From the NCBI GenBank assembly GCA_024704765.1, contig JAKMXF010000093.1:1-10619 (forward strand): a DNA stretch of 10,619 nt. The letters run 5' to 3'. Below, in pieces: positions 9,150 to 10,619 of the stretch. The notes beneath the pieces are model-generated. The model made no database searches, had not been told where the DNA came from, and saw nothing but the letters and a program-made list of their open reading frames with translations. Each line of letters opens with the position of its first letter. Position 1 is the stretch's first letter. The position numbers were made by a program, and so were the translations under genes. This stretch comes from Oopsacas minuta (taxonomy: Eukaryota > Animalia > Porifera).

Positions 9150-9310
9150 ATTTGCTGAAAGCTAACATTGCAGTAGTAACAATATAGTATTTCCCTAAAA
9201 TCGCGTCATATAACATGTTGAATTAATCCGTTAAATGATGCACTTTCTCTAGTTAGATGCAGAAAAACAGATTCTAATACATATCTATATGATTAAACTC
9301 AACTATTATG

Positions 9311-9329
9311 TGTTTGTTTGTTTGTTTGT
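9311..9329. repeat. (TGTT)n microsatellite
   Basis: TGTTTGTTTGTTTGTTTGT = (TGTT)4TGT. Confidence 0.9.
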
Positions 9330-9615
9330 CCACTTTGTATTAAAATAATAGGGGAAGATGATCTGTGTATATAATATAGGGAACAACATGTCCTTCTGTT
9401 GACGATATTGTAATAGTAAACAATTACATTGGGATAATTGAGTCTGCTGATTCCGATTTCACACTTTGGAATTCATCATATGTAAATCATTGTTGTTTTT
9501 ATGAATATAAAGTAAACAAATTGTTTAAATACTTATTAATTAATTCAATTTTGCGATTTATGGTTTTCGAATTCAAGGTACGAAATGGCGAGTCCCATGC
9601 GAACACAAAGGGTTC

Positions 9616-9650
9616 ACGAGCCGCGTAGTGCGAGGAACGAAGCGGCTCGT
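9616..9650. other. GC-rich perfect hairpin (9-bp stem, 17-nt loop)
   Basis: ACGAGCCGC (9616-9624) and GCGGCTCGT (9642-9650) are exact reverse complements. Function unknown. Confidence 0.75.
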
Positions 9651-9833
9651 AAAGATTAATAGATAATACAAAATATGAAAACATATAACTCAACCCGAAT
9701 CCTGAGCATAAATAATCTTGTGTGAAACACTAAAAAAGGATTTGTAGGGAGAAAAAATTCAGGTAAATAATATCAAAAGTATAATTATGGACATTAATAG
9801 AGAATTTCAATAATTACTATCGAGCGGGAGAAA

Positions 9834-10619
9834 ATGAATCTAAGCAATTTGCCTACATACATTGCAGTTTTTTCAAGTTACATAGGAGGATTTATTATTA
9901 TATTTATTGTAGGATTTCCTTCTCCAACTCAAAAACAACTAATCGATGAAAATATTTTAGATTATCAAACTTTACCAATATTCTCTTCAATAGCACATTT
10001 CACAAGTATATTGGGTTTGAGTTCTGCACCTCTTCTAGTTCAACTTGGTTTCAATCTAAAATCCCAAGTTGTAATAAGTAGTGTACTTGGTATAGCAGGC
10101 TATGTGTTGATAGTTATAGCAAATTCAGCTGCGTACGTAATCATAGGAGTCGCTTTAGTGGGGTATTATGTAGGGATTGTTGCAATCTTCGTATTTACAT
10201 ATATTGCAGAGGTAACTTTGGATAATCAGAGAAAGGTCATGAGTGGGGGATTCGGATTCTGCTATAGATTAGGTTTGTTCATAGCATATTTCGCAGGGAT
10301 TTGGCTGCCTTTCAGATGGTTAGCAGTATTTGGTTTAATTCAAGTATGTCTGTTTTGTCTTTTGATTTTATTCAATCCTCTTTCACCTGTATGGTATGTG
10401 CAACAAGGTTTGGATGATAAAGCTAAATCAACTCTCTTGTATTTACATGGTAGTGAGTTTGATGCAGATACTGAAATACAGAAGATTAAGGGGAAGACAC
10501 TGAGTAGTAAAATTAGTTGGATTGAAAGTTTCAGGACCTTAAAAGAATGGAAAGTATTAAAACCAATGATTTTGATGGCTGTAATTGCCTCTCTGAAAGA
10601 GTTAGGAGGTCATGAAGCT
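9834..10619 (+). CDS. SLC2/GLUT8(Tret1)-like MFS sugar-porter family protein, paralog 2, 3'-partial (262 codons, no stop before the window end)
   Basis: Manual translation from ATG 9834 is uninterrupted: MNLSNLPTYIAVFSSYIGGFIIIFIVGFPSPTQKQLIDENILDYQTLPIFSSIA...GVALVGYYVG...TYIAEVTLDNQRKVMSGGFG...IWLPFRWLAV...NPLSPVWY...AKSTLLYLHG...TEIQKI...VLKPMILMAVIASLKELGGHEA. It shows six TM-like segments, a GFPSP TM1 motif, the YIAE..R sugar-porter signature, a PxSPxW loop motif and the start of TM7. No introns in this part. Confidence 0.92.
   Translation, partial: MNLSNLPTYIAVFSSYIGGFIIIFIVGFPSPTQKQLIDENILDYQTLPIFSSIAHFTSILGLSSAPLLVQLGFNLKSQVVISSVLGIAGYVLIVIANSAAYVIIGVALVGYYVGIVAIFVFTYIAEVTLDNQRKVMSGGFGFCYRLGLFIAYFAGIWLPFRWLAVFGLIQVCLFCLLILFNPLSPVWYVQQGLDDKAKSTLLYLHGSEFDADTEIQKIKGKTLSSKISWIESFRTLKEWKVLKPMILMAVIASLKELGGHEA

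Noticed and set aside
9616-9650. Rho-independent terminator or tRNA/ncRNA fragment
   Set aside because: Eukaryotic context, no U-tract directly after the stem, a long loop, and no cloverleaf or recognisable RNA family.
9499-9693. 64-aa minus-strand ORF over the hairpin
   Set aside because: TTG start, no motif, low complexity. Probably chance.
1-10619. CRISPR array, prophage, defence island or rRNA/tRNA genes
   Set aside because: No regularly spaced repeats, no prokaryotic gene architecture and no RNA-gene signatures were seen.

Overview
This is AT-rich eukaryotic, most likely invertebrate animal, DNA. I see no prokaryotic features, and the GTG/TTG starts in the ORF track are artefacts of the ORF caller. 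The window is a transporter-gene neighbourhood with several transposon remains. (1) A disrupted, intronless MATE/SLC47-family pseudogene on the minus strand (471-2042). (2) A full-length but decayed hAT DNA transposon (4370-7133) with perfect 12-bp TIRs, an 8-bp target-site duplication with one mismatch, and a ZNF862/KIAA1586-like transposase broken by many frameshifts and stops. (3) Two tandem intronless SLC2/GLUT8-like MFS sugar-porter paralogs: a pseudogenised copy (8152-9046) and an uninterrupted copy starting at ATG 9834 that runs off the window and is missing from the ORF track. (4) Two mariner transposase relics visible only by manual translation (58-391 plus, ~3400-3830 minus), a candidate 189-bp non-autonomous Helitron (7344-7532) and a degenerate pogo/Tigger-like MITE. 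The most notable observations are a 113-nt near-identical tract between otherwise diverged paralogs (probable gene conversion) and replacement of the canonical sugar-binding QQxxGIN motif by KELGGHEA. I found no convincing evidence of a wholly new biological system. The lineage (intron-poor animal, possibly a glass sponge) is only a low-confidence guess.
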